From Actinomycetota bacterium (lineage in GTDB: Bacteria > Actinomycetota > Acidimicrobiia > Acidimicrobiales > JAMDDE01): a stretch of 64,000 bases of DNA. A program made the translations under genes and the position numbers. Shown here piece by piece: positions 9,443-18,648 of this stretch. Numbering within the stretch: the stretch's first letter is position 1; the number at the start of each line of letters is the position of its first letter. The notes under the pieces were generated by a model. The model searched no databases and was not told where the DNA came from. It worked only from the letters and a program-made list of their open reading frames with translations. The DNA lies in assembly GCA_023489235.1 (NCBI GenBank), contig JAMDDE010000012.1:34570-98569 (forward strand). The letters are read 5' to 3'.

Positions 9443-10846
9443 ATGAGTGAACTTTCTGCTGGATCAGATATGGAGTCTTCCCTTACGGAGGAGTTCGAAG
9501 AAGGATCCTCTCGAACTTTGCCAGAACCCAGTCTTATAGCAGAGACCTCTGAGGGTAGGCAAGAGATGTACCCGCGCACCAGTACTGACGAGATCGAGTT
9601 GCGTCGTCAACAAGGTGCAGTGCTGCGCATACCTGAAGCAGCGGCTACTGCAGTAAACGAGGGCGAGGTAGAGGTTTCCGACGACGAGACAATGATCATC
9701 AACATGGGGCCTCAGCATCCCTCCACTCACGGGGTGTTGAGGGTGATGATGGAGTTGGACGGCGAGACGGTGCTGAGAAGCAAGCCGGTCATCGGCTATC
9801 TGCATACTGGCATGGAAAAGACCGGGGAAGAGCTCAGTTATGTCCAGGGAGCTACCAATGTAACTCGCATGGACTATCTCTCACCGTTAAACAATGAGCT
9901 TGTGTACTCCTTGGCAGTGGAGTCTTTGCTAGGAGTGGAGATACCGGAGAGAGCGACTTGGATCCGGATGCTCATGTCCGAGCTCAATCGCATCTCCTCT
10001 CATATCATGTGGTTGGCCACCAACGGTATGGATCTCGGCTCCACCTCGATGATGATCTATGGATTTCGTGAGAGAGAGATGATTCTTGCCTTTTTCGAGA
10101 AGGTTACCGGGCTAAGGATGAATCACAACTACATAAGGCCTGGAGGAGTCGCAGCCGATCTACCCGACGGTTGGGAGGAAGATGTAGAGCTTATTTGTGA
10201 CACGGTTCCCAAGAGATTGGAAGAATACGACGAACTGCTAACTGGCCAGCCTATTTTTAGAGAGCGAACCGAAGGGGTAGGTTATCTCTCTGCAGAGGAG
10301 GCATTGGCTCTTTCGGCTACAGGCCCAATCCTGCGAGCGAGTGGGGTTCCTTGGGACTTGAGGCGTACCATGCCCTATCTCTACTACGACGAAGTGGAGT
10401 TCGATGTGGTGATAGGAACCTACGGAGATTGCTTCGACAGATATGCAGTCAGGATCAACGAAGTACGAGAGTCGGTACGTATAATACGACAAGTACTGGA
10501 GAAGATGCCCCTGGGTGACTACAGGACTCAAGACAAGAAGGTTACCCCGCCCCCTCGAGCTCGTATCGACGAGTCGATGGAAGCTCTGATTCATCACTTC
10601 AAGATATACACGGAAGGATTTAGAGTACCACCTGGAGAAACATACGTTGCCATCGAGTCTCCCCGTGGAGAGCTGGGCTGCTATATGGTATCGGATGGGA
10701 CCTCCAAGCCTTATCGCATGCATATAAGAGGTCCGTCTTTTGTCAACTTGCAGAGCCTTCCCCCTATGCTGCGGGGAGGTCTGGTGGCAGATGCAGTTGC
10801 TGTCATTTCTTCGGTTGATCCGGTCATGGGTGAGGTGGATAGATGA
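9443..10846 (+). CDS. nuoD: NADH-quinone oxidoreductase subunit D
   Basis: NMGPQHPSTHGVLR motif and C-terminal DPVMGEVDR. It has a ~75-aa acidic N-terminal extension. Confidence 0.93.
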   Translation: MSELSAGSDMESSLTEEFEEGSSRTLPEPSLIAETSEGRQEMYPRTSTDEIELRRQQGAVLRIPEAAATAVNEGEVEVSDDETMIINMGPQHPSTHGVLRVMMELDGETVLRSKPVIGYLHTGMEKTGEELSYVQGATNVTRMDYLSPLNNELVYSLAVESLLGVEIPERATWIRMLMSELNRISSHIMWLATNGMDLGSTSMMIYGFREREMILAFFEKVTGLRMNHNYIRPGGVAADLPDGWEEDVELICDTVPKRLEEYDELLTGQPIFRERTEGVGYLSAEEALALSATGPILRASGVPWDLRRTMPYLYYDEVEFDVVIGTYGDCFDRYAVRINEVRESVRIIRQVLEKMPLGDYRTQDKKVTPPPRARIDESMEALIHHFKIYTEGFRVPPGETYVAIESPRGELGCYMVSDGTSKPYRMHIRGPSFVNLQSLPPMLRGGLVADAVAVISSVDPVMGEVDR

Positions 10847-10947
10847 TGGAGAAGTTGGTTGATCGACGGTCTGATCTTACGGGACGACCTGATCATCTGG
10901 GGGGCATTTGGATGGTTCTGATGACAACAGGTGAGGTGAGTTTTTAA

Positions 10948-11586
10948 ATGGGGCATTTCAACTCTGAGGTGTTGCAGAGAGCCAAGGAGCTAATCGCCCT
11001 TTATCCGCATCCTCGATCTGCGCTCATACCTCTATGCCACCTTGCCCAGGAACAGGATGGTTGGCTTACCCCTGAGGCTATTGAGGAGATAGCCCAACTG
11101 CTGGACATCTCTCCTGCCGAAGTAGCAGGTACTGCATCTTTCTATGATATGTTTCATCGCAAGCCGGTAGGACGTTATCTCATTTCGGTCTGCACGAACA
11201 TCGCTTGCATGTTGAGTGGCGGCAGAGAGCTTTTGCAGCATGTGAGTCAGCGGCTCGGTGTCGCTGTAGGCGGCACGACCGCTGATGGCATGTTCACCCT
11301 GGAAGAAGCGGAGTGCTTGGCCGATTGTGGCTCTGCTCCAGTAGTGCAGGTGAATCATAGGTTCTTTTCTGCCATGACCCCAGACAGCGTCGATCAGCTC
11401 GTAGAAGATCTTGCTGCAGGTAAACTCTCTGATGTCGTCCCTCCTCATGGGGTGCTTAACAGAGTCAAGCGTGAAGTAGGGTTACAAGTGCCCGTGGAGG
11501 AGCTAGTTCGACAACGCAGGGAGGCATCGCAGGCTCGGGAGGAAAGAGCTCGACTTGCTCAACAGGGACAAGAGGGGAGATCTTGA
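10948..11586 (+). CDS. nuoE: NADH-quinone oxidoreductase subunit E
   Basis: 24-kDa 2Fe-2S subunit pattern (SVCTNIAC ... ECLADCGSAP). Confidence 0.92.
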   Translation: MGHFNSEVLQRAKELIALYPHPRSALIPLCHLAQEQDGWLTPEAIEEIAQLLDISPAEVAGTASFYDMFHRKPVGRYLISVCTNIACMLSGGRELLQHVSQRLGVAVGGTTADGMFTLEEAECLADCGSAPVVQVNHRFFSAMTPDSVDQLVEDLAAGKLSDVVPPHGVLNRVKREVGLQVPVEELVRQRREASQAREERARLAQQGQEGRS

Positions 11587-12890
11587 TGGCCATCACCGAG
11601 GCTCCGCATATCGTCACTGCAGACATAGATGCCCCCAATTCCCACACCTTGGAGGCCTATCTTGCCGTAGGAGGGTATGAGGGATTGAAGAAAGCCTTGT
11701 CGATGACTCCAGAGGAGGTGGCCAACGAGGTCGACAAAGCGAGCTTGTTGGGCAGGGGGGGAGCTGGGTTCCCTGCAGGGAGGAAGTGGTCCATGCTAGC
11801 TCCTTCCGAGGTTCGCTATCTAGTTGTCAATGGCGACGAAAGCGAACCGGCAACATTCAAGGACCACATGCTCATAGAGAGGATGCCTCATCGTATTATC
11901 GAAGGGGCACTAATTGCTGCATACGCAACTCAAGTCATGGCTGCCTTTATCTATGTGAGAGGCGAGTTTGCGCTTGGGATAGAGCGATTACAGCAAGCTC
12001 TTAATGAGGCTTACGCCTACAATGCAGTGGGACGCAACATCTTCGGGTCCAATTTCTCGGTTGACCTAGTGGTTCACCCAGGTGCAGGAGCCTATATCTG
12101 TGGAGAAGAGACTGCCTTGCTGGAGAGTTTGGAGGGCAAGCGCGGATATCCTCGGATCAAGCCTCCCTACTTTCCTGCAGCTATCGGTCTGTATGGGGCT
12201 CCGACCATCGTCAACAATGTGGAGACGGTGTCCAACTTGCCGTGGATCATTAGTCATGGAGGGGCAGCCTTTAGCGCTCTTGGTGAAGGTCGGTCCACCG
12301 GTACGAGGATATTTGCTTTGTCGGGTCATGTACGTAGGCCTGGGAATTACGAGTTGGAGATGGTGAAGACTACCTTCAGGGATTTGATCTATGCTCCTGT
12401 TCTCGGTGGGGGGATCCGCTCTGGTAGAGAGCTAAAAGCTTTCATACCCGGTGGTGTCTCTGCTCCATGGTTTGGCCCTGACAAGTTGGATTTGCCTCTT
12501 GGTCAGGATGAAGTAGGAGCCAATGGCTCCATGCTTGGTTCCGGTTCTGTTGTGGTCATGGACGATCACACCTGTCCTGTTAGGGCTGCATGGCGTATCA
12601 CTCATTTTTTCTGGCGAGAGTCTTGTGGGCAGTGCACCCCTTGCCGAGAGGGGAGCGGGTGGCTGGAGAAGACCATGCGTAGGATCGAGGAGGGAGCAGG
12701 AAGACCTGCAGACATTGACCTGCTGTTGGATGTATGTGACAATATAGCTCCTGAACTGGGTTGGCCTCCACAGCAAACTACAATTTGCGTGTTGGGCCCA
12801 TCCATACCTTCGTCAATAGTCTCAGCTATCCGTATGTTCGAAGACGAGTTCGCCATGCATGTGAAGGAAGGTGCCTGCCCGTATGAGTGA
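11586..12890 (+). CDS. nuoF: NADH-quinone oxidoreductase subunit F
   Basis: GRGGAGFPAGRKW FMN site, GDESEP motif and ESCGQCTPCREG 4Fe-4S motif. The ATG overlaps the nuoE stop (TGATG). Confidence 0.93.
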   Translation: MAITEAPHIVTADIDAPNSHTLEAYLAVGGYEGLKKALSMTPEEVANEVDKASLLGRGGAGFPAGRKWSMLAPSEVRYLVVNGDESEPATFKDHMLIERMPHRIIEGALIAAYATQVMAAFIYVRGEFALGIERLQQALNEAYAYNAVGRNIFGSNFSVDLVVHPGAGAYICGEETALLESLEGKRGYPRIKPPYFPAAIGLYGAPTIVNNVETVSNLPWIISHGGAAFSALGEGRSTGTRIFALSGHVRRPGNYELEMVKTTFRDLIYAPVLGGGIRSGRELKAFIPGGVSAPWFGPDKLDLPLGQDEVGANGSMLGSGSVVVMDDHTCPVRAAWRITHFFWRESCGQCTPCREGSGWLEKTMRRIEEGAGRPADIDLLLDVCDNIAPELGWPPQQTTICVLGPSIPSSIVSAIRMFEDEFAMHVKEGACPYE

Positions 12891-15609
12891 TAATCCCGTT
12901 GCTCCGTCCGCATCTTCGGTCGAGTTGGTCAGTTTGGTCATCGACGGCATCGAAGTGCAGGCCAAACGAGGTGAGTTAGTTATCGAGGCTGCTGAGAGGG
13001 TGGGTATATACCTGCCGAGGTTTTGCTATCACCCTCGGATGAAGCCTGTGGGCATGTGTCGCGCATGCTTGGCAGAGATCTCTGGACCTCGTGGATTCAG
13101 CCTCCAGCCCACCTGCTTTACGCCGGTGGCCGAGGGTATGGAGGTACGCACCAAGTCGGAGAAGGCCATAAAGGCCCAAGAGGGGGTCTTGGAGTTCTTG
13201 CTCATCAATCATCCCCTTGACTGTCCCGTCTGCGACAAAGGGGGTGAGTGTCCGCTCCAGGACCAAGACATAGCCTATGGACCCGGTGAAAGTCGCTTTG
13301 TAGAAGAGAAACGTCATTGGGCCAAGCCAATAGCCATATCCGATCTGGTTTATCTGGACAGGGAACGGTGTATTCAATGTGGGCGTTGCACCCGCTTCGC
13401 TGCCGAGGTAGCCGGTGATCCATTCATAGATTTCTTTGGTCGCGGCGACCACACCGAAGTCGGTATTGCAGAAGACAGGTTGTTCGACTCTTATTTCAGT
13501 GGGAATACAGTTCAAATATGCCCCGTGGGAGCACTTACTGCCAAGCCTTATCGTTTTCGGGCTCGACCTTGGGATTTGGAGCAGGCAGAGAGCACCTGTA
13601 TGGCTTGTTCTGTTGGCTGTCGAGTTGCCGTTCAGTCGTCGGGAAATCGTTTGGTCAGAGTTGCAGGTATAGATTCCGATCCCGTGAACCACAGCTGGTT
13701 GTGCGATAAGGGAAGGTTCTCATTCGAGGCAGTGAACTCCGAGAACAGGCTTGTCGAACCTTTGATTCGTAGAGAAGGGGTCGAAGAGGTACTGTCCTGG
13801 TCAGCTGCTCTTAGGACTGTAGCGGATAAGATCAATGAGGTACGGTCATCCACGGGTCCTGATGCTATAGCCCTTCTAGGTGGAGCACGAGGGACCAATG
13901 AGGATGCCTATGCCTGGGCCAAGCTAGCCAAGTCGATCATAGGAACAGATGCTGTGGACGCCCAGTTAGCGGATGGCCTGGATGCAGATCTCCTACTGAG
14001 CCTGCCCAGAGCCACAATAGATGAGACAACGGCTGCAAAGGTACTTGTAACCATTTGTCCTGACATCAAAGAAGAGCTTCCTGTTCTCTACCTTCGTCTG
14101 CGGGAAGCAGTCGTTGTCGACAAAGTACCTTTGGTAGAGTTATCCCCCTATCGTACCTCGCTGTCCTCACTGGCCAGGGTTAGGGTAGGGTATTATCCTG
14201 GGTTCTCTTTGTTGGCCGCTAAGGCTATCTCCCTGCCGGAGAAGAGCAGAGAAGAGCTTACCGAATCTGTTTTAGCTGATGGAGGGATAGATGTTAACTC
14301 CATCGAGGCAGCGCGGGCCTTGGTTGCCCAGAACGCTCCAGACGGTGATGGCGAGGGTGTAATTGTCGCAGTAGGAAGACCATCTTTGGCCGAGGACGAG
14401 GCACTCGTGAGAAGCGCAGTCATGGAATTGGCTACTGCCTGGCCCAAGGCACGCTTCTTACCTGTTGTTCGTCGAGGCAATTTGTTCGGTGCATTGGACA
14501 TGGGGTTGGCTCCTGGTCTGTTGCCTGGCAGGGTAGGGCTGGATGGTGCAAGGGAATGGTTCGAGGGTAGTTGGGGTAAGTTACCGGAGAAGAAGGGACC
14601 GGATGCCAGAGGCATACTCGAGCGTGCGGCCAAAGGGGAGCTAGAGCTCTTGATTTTACTTGGGTGTGATCCGTTGACTGATTTTCCTGACAGACGCTTG
14701 GCCGAGCAGGCATTGACCAACACTCCTTTTGTGGTTGCTGTGGACTGTTTTGGTACTGAATCCGCTCGGATGGCCAATCTACAGCTGCCAGCTGCCATGT
14801 TCTCAGAAAAAGAAGGTACTACGACCAACTTGGAAGGTCGGGTCACAAGAGTTGTCGAGAAGATCGTCCCTCCTCGATCGGCGTGGCCTGATTGGATGAT
14901 AGCGGCAGAGCTCGCTGGTTATCTAGGCAGAGATCTAGGATTTTCCTCGACACTTGATGTCACCGAGGAAATTGTCTCTCTTGCACCAGCTTACCGTGGT
15001 CTAGCTAGCGATCTCTCGTCATTCCTGAAGAGTGGAGATGGGGTTGTAGTACCTATACCGACCACATCTCCAGATGGCCCCTTCATCCATCCTGTGGAAC
15101 CGATAGATCCAATGGCCACCCCAGGTATCAGCCAAATCGAACAGCAGGGATCCCCACCTCGGGTGGGGAGCAGCTTCGCGGGAGGGTACCGACCACAAGG
15201 AGGAATCCAGCGAGGCTCCGCCAGAGTCATCCCCAAGCCAATGACGGGATTGGAGATGGACAGATCAGCTCTGCGTGTGCCGCCGCGTGACGGCTATTCT
15301 TTCCGATTGATATCCTCCAGGAAGCTTTACTCCTCTGCGGTAATGGTGAGAGAGTCTCCATCCCTCCAGTCCTTCGTGCCCAAGACGGTTTTGTTGGTCA
15401 ACCGCCATGACCTGGAGGGGCTAGGCCTAGAGTCAGGTTCGTCTGTACGGGTACGCTCTCCTAAGGGCACCTTGACTCTCCCGGCGGTAGTCGATGACTC
15501 GCTTGCCAAAGGAGTAGTGTTCATTTGTTTTGGAACCGATACACAAGGAGCTTCTAGCTTGATTGATGTCAGTTTGCCGGTGAATGACGTAAGACTGGAG
15601 GTACCGTGA
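12883..15609 (+). CDS. nuoG: NADH-quinone oxidoreductase subunit G
   Basis: N-terminal Fe-S motifs (CYHPRM..GMCRAC, HPLDCPVCDKGGECPLQD, CIQCGRCTRF) followed by a molybdopterin-oxidoreductase-like domain. The ATG at 12883 overlaps the nuoF end. Confidence 0.92.
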   Translation: MSDNPVAPSASSVELVSLVIDGIEVQAKRGELVIEAAERVGIYLPRFCYHPRMKPVGMCRACLAEISGPRGFSLQPTCFTPVAEGMEVRTKSEKAIKAQEGVLEFLLINHPLDCPVCDKGGECPLQDQDIAYGPGESRFVEEKRHWAKPIAISDLVYLDRERCIQCGRCTRFAAEVAGDPFIDFFGRGDHTEVGIAEDRLFDSYFSGNTVQICPVGALTAKPYRFRARPWDLEQAESTCMACSVGCRVAVQSSGNRLVRVAGIDSDPVNHSWLCDKGRFSFEAVNSENRLVEPLIRREGVEEVLSWSAALRTVADKINEVRSSTGPDAIALLGGARGTNEDAYAWAKLAKSIIGTDAVDAQLADGLDADLLLSLPRATIDETTAAKVLVTICPDIKEELPVLYLRLREAVVVDKVPLVELSPYRTSLSSLARVRVGYYPGFSLLAAKAISLPEKSREELTESVLADGGIDVNSIEAARALVAQNAPDGDGEGVIVAVGRPSLAEDEALVRSAVMELATAWPKARFLPVVRRGNLFGALDMGLAPGLLPGRVGLDGAREWFEGSWGKLPEKKGPDARGILERAAKGELELLILLGCDPLTDFPDRRLAEQALTNTPFVVAVDCFGTESARMANLQLPAAMFSEKEGTTTNLEGRVTRVVEKIVPPRSAWPDWMIAAELAGYLGRDLGFSSTLDVTEEIVSLAPAYRGLASDLSSFLKSGDGVVVPIPTTSPDGPFIHPVEPIDPMATPGISQIEQQGSPPRVGSSFAGGYRPQGGIQRGSARVIPKPMTGLEMDRSALRVPPRDGYSFRLISSRKLYSSAVMVRESPSLQSFVPKTVLLVNRHDLEGLGLESGSSVRVRSPKGTLTLPAVVDDSLAKGVVFICFGTDTQGASSLIDVSLPVNDVRLEVP

Positions 15610-16847
15610 TGGCAGGAGATCCCCTGTTCTTTCATGGGTTGAATCTCGCGGTATTCCTCATCGTCTTGGTCAGGGTGGTCGCTGCTTTTGCTGTCCTGCT
15701 AGTGGCCGTGATGATGACCATATGGTTCGAAAGGAAGGTGATCTCAGATCTCCAGAATCGCATTGGTCCCAATCGTGCTGGGCCGTATGGGATCATGCAG
15801 ACCCTTGCCGATGGCATCAAGCTGTTCTTCAAGGAGGACCTCCTACCTGATAGAGCAAATCGTTTCGTATTTCGTTTAGCTCCATACCTATCCATCGTGC
15901 CAGCATTCGTGATCTTCACTGTGGTTCCTGTTGGTGGAGAGGTAACCATAGCCGGTCATCCGGTGCTGCTGCAAGTAGCCAATCCACCGATTGGGATACT
16001 GGTGGTGCTGGCCATGTCCTCGATAGGAGTTTATGGAGTTATGCTGGCTGGTTGGTCCTCTGGTTCGAAGTACCCCTTATTGGGTTCGGTAAGAGCTTCT
16101 GCCCAGATGATCTCTTACGAAGCTGCACTCGGTTTGTCCGTCGTAGCGGTGGTACTAGCCTCCGGGTCTTTGTCGACGAGAGGAATAGTTCTCTCTCAAG
16201 CAGCTCACTTCTGGGACTGGAACTTGATTCGCCTAGGGATCATCCCCTTCGTTATCTTCATGATAGCTATTACGGCAGAGACCAACCGTCCTCCCTTCGA
16301 TCTTACTGAGGCAGAACAGGAGCTGGTCGGCGGGTTCAACACCGAGTATTCCTCTATTCGTTTTGCCCTATTCTATCTAGCCGAGTTCATGAACATGATC
16401 ACCATGTCAGCCGTGGTAGTGACTTTATTTCTGGGAGGACCGGACGGGCCGGGTTTCCATGTGGTACGGTGGCTCTGGCCTATTTTGTGGTTCGTAGGGA
16501 AAACTCTTGTATTCCTTTTCTGCTATGTATGGCTGCGAGCAGCATTGCCTAGGCTCAGATACGACCAACTTATGGAGCTTGGTTGGAAACGTCTCATACC
16601 GCTCTCTTTAGCGTGGTTGTTGGTGATTGCTGCTGTGATGATTAGTCCTGCTTGGGGATTTGGGGTGCTTGGGGCCTTGATAGTGGCTTCAGTTTTTCTG
16701 TGGAGAGCTTTGGCTGTGGGGAATAGAAGACGAGTGGAGTTGTCTGTTCTACCTCCACCTAGGCTACTCCCTGATCCAGCTGGTCGAGCAGTTTCTCCAA
16801 TTGGAAGTGGTTCGACAGGGAAGAGTGAGGTGAGAGCTCGTGAATGA
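15606..16847 (+). CDS. nuoH: NADH-quinone oxidoreductase subunit H
   Basis: ND1 family: GPYGIMQTLADGIKLFFKED and AETNRPPFDLTEAEQELV motifs, polytopic membrane protein. Confidence 0.93.
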   Translation: MMAGDPLFFHGLNLAVFLIVLVRVVAAFAVLLVAVMMTIWFERKVISDLQNRIGPNRAGPYGIMQTLADGIKLFFKEDLLPDRANRFVFRLAPYLSIVPAFVIFTVVPVGGEVTIAGHPVLLQVANPPIGILVVLAMSSIGVYGVMLAGWSSGSKYPLLGSVRASAQMISYEAALGLSVVAVVLASGSLSTRGIVLSQAAHFWDWNLIRLGIIPFVIFMIAITAETNRPPFDLTEAEQELVGGFNTEYSSIRFALFYLAEFMNMITMSAVVVTLFLGGPDGPGFHVVRWLWPILWFVGKTLVFLFCYVWLRAALPRLRYDQLMELGWKRLIPLSLAWLLVIAAVMISPAWGFGVLGALIVASVFLWRALAVGNRRRVELSVLPPPRLLPDPAGRAVSPIGSGSTGKSEVRARE

Positions 16848-17571
16848 GGAGAGGGGTTCTGCTGACGCAGTACCGGGATTCTTGAGGTTCTTCGGAGGGT
16901 TCAAGGTCAGTTTGGAACAGGCTTTCCGTCCACGGGTCACTAGGCAGTACCCGGCGGAGAAGCGACCGAAGCCACCTAGGTCGCATGGTCGCCATATCTT
17001 GAACAGATACGAGGATGGCATGGAAAAGTGCATTGGTTGTGAGTTGTGTGCGGGCGTCTGTCCAGCTGACTGTATCTATGTAAGAGGTAAGGACAATCCA
17101 CCAGATGCTCCTGTTTCTCCGGGAGAGCGTTACGGGTATGTGTACGAGATAAACTTTCTCCGCTGTATTCACTGTGACATGTGCGTGGAAGCTTGCCCAA
17201 CCGGCGCCATAACCGAGTCCAAGATGTTCGAGTTCTCCTTCACTAATCGTGCAGATGCTATCTATACCAAGAAAGAGCTCTTGGTGGGAGACGATGGCAA
17301 ACCGAAGAGACTTCCCTTCGAGGACTGGAGGGAAGGGGAGGATGAGCACTCCTCGGCTTGGATGAGGGCCACTTCTCCAGGTGGTTCTGCCGCGTACGAA
17401 GGAAAGATACAGTGGTCGGGCGAGTTGGGCTACGGAGTTAGAGCACCCGAAGGAGGCCAGAGCGGTAAACGGGATGACAAGGCTACGGGGAACCTCTCTT
17501 TGGAGGAAATCCTCCCGGAGCACTTCTTCGATGCCAACCGAAAAGGTAAGTCAACGAGGCGCGCGGGGTAA
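16840..17571 (+). CDS. nuoI: NADH-quinone oxidoreductase subunit I
   Basis: Two 4Fe-4S ferredoxin motifs, CIGCELCAGVCP and CIHCDMCVEACP. It has a long hydrophilic C-terminal tail. Confidence 0.92.
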   Translation: MNEERGSADAVPGFLRFFGGFKVSLEQAFRPRVTRQYPAEKRPKPPRSHGRHILNRYEDGMEKCIGCELCAGVCPADCIYVRGKDNPPDAPVSPGERYGYVYEINFLRCIHCDMCVEACPTGAITESKMFEFSFTNRADAIYTKKELLVGDDGKPKRLPFEDWREGEDEHSSAWMRATSPGGSAAYEGKIQWSGELGYGVRAPEGGQSGKRDDKATGNLSLEEILPEHFFDANRKGKSTRRAG

Positions 17572-17573
17572 GT

Positions 17574-18329
17574 ATGCACCTACCGTCTCCTCTGGTTGCA
17601 GCCACTGTGCCTGATGCTCTTACCTTTGCCATAGCTGCTCTCATCGTCTTGGCTGGTGGCATTGGTGTAGTGGTATCCAAGAATCCGGTGCACTCAGCTT
17701 TGTCCCTGGTCATGTGCCTTTTCGGCATAGCAGTACTCTTCATTGCTCAGGATGCCGATTTCCTCGCCGCCGTGCAGATAATTGTGTATGCCGGAGCAAT
17801 CGTCGTGCTCTTCTTGTTCGTCATCATGCTCCTAGGGGTGGACAAACTCGAGCGAATTCGACATGATCCACTACGTGGCCAACGACCATTGGGAGCCTTG
17901 CTCGCCATCCTTTCCTTGGCAGGGCTGCTGTTCATGGGGGCTACAGCGAAGTGGGCAGTTGGAGCTCGATCAGTTTCTGGCAGGGCTTATTCTCATACCT
18001 CTTCCGAGGTCGTGTTGCTAGGTCGTTCTATCTTCACTACCTTCCTGCTTCCCTTCGAGGCGACGGCAGCCCTCCTGGTTATAGCTGTCATAGGCGCAGT
18101 AGTCCTAGTGCGGACTCCATCAAGATCCAAAGGGGACGAGGGTGCCGATGACGGTGCACTTGCTTCCCCGCCTGAACCATCCGGTGAACAGATGGAGGAT
18201 AGGTTGTCAGAGAGTCCATCAGTTTCTTCACGCCAGAAAATCGTCTCAGGATCGGAGGAGATCGGAGCAGATCCTGTAGGGGCAGGCGTAGGTGGTATGG
18301 ACGATCCGACGAGGGAGGGTGCTCGATGA
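17574..18329 (+). CDS. nuoJ: NADH-quinone oxidoreductase subunit J
   Basis: ND6-like membrane protein in the conserved position. It has a ~70-aa acidic C-terminal tail. Confidence 0.85.
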   Translation: MHLPSPLVAATVPDALTFAIAALIVLAGGIGVVVSKNPVHSALSLVMCLFGIAVLFIAQDADFLAAVQIIVYAGAIVVLFLFVIMLLGVDKLERIRHDPLRGQRPLGALLAILSLAGLLFMGATAKWAVGARSVSGRAYSHTSSEVVLLGRSIFTTFLLPFEATAALLVIAVIGAVVLVRTPSRSKGDEGADDGALASPPEPSGEQMEDRLSESPSVSSRQKIVSGSEEIGADPVGAGVGGMDDPTREGAR

Positions 18330-18631
18330 CGATTGGAGGAGGTTGGTACCTCTCGTTGGCTGCAGTACTCTTCTCCATTGGTGTATTAGGTCTTCTGGTC
18401 AGGAGAAACATCATAGTGATGTTCATGTGCGTTGAGCTGATGCTGAATGCAGCCAACTTGACCTTTGTAACTTTTGCCAGGATGCTCAATGATATAGGGG
18501 GGCAAGCTGCCGTGTTCTTCATCCTGGTTGTGGCGGCAGCAGAAGTAGTAGTTGGCTTGGCCATAATAGTGGCTTTGTTCCGTAGGTCAGCCAGCACCAC
18601 GGCGGACGACTTCCATATCTTGAAAGGTTAA
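18326..18631 (+). CDS. nuoK: NADH-quinone oxidoreductase subunit K
   Basis: 101-aa ND4L-like protein with three TM helices ([12 protein letters not shown]). ATGA overlap with nuoJ. Confidence 0.9.
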   Translation: MTIGGGWYLSLAAVLFSIGVLGLLVRRNIIVMFMCVELMLNAANLTFVTFARMLNDIGGQAAVFFILVVAAAEVVVGLAIIVALFRRSASTTADDFHILKG

Positions 18632-18648
18632 GAAGGGCTAATCGATCG

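Noticed and set aside
12976-13692. 238-aa minus-strand ORF within nuoG
   Set aside because: It is antisense to the Fe-S cluster domain of NuoG, whose Cys motifs are conserved on the plus strand. It has no recognisable motifs and is an open frame of the kind expected by chance in GC-biased coding DNA.
16759-17523. 254-aa minus-strand ORF across the nuoH/nuoI junction
   Set aside because: It is antisense to nuoI, which has two perfect 4Fe-4S ferredoxin motifs on the plus strand. There is no independent support.
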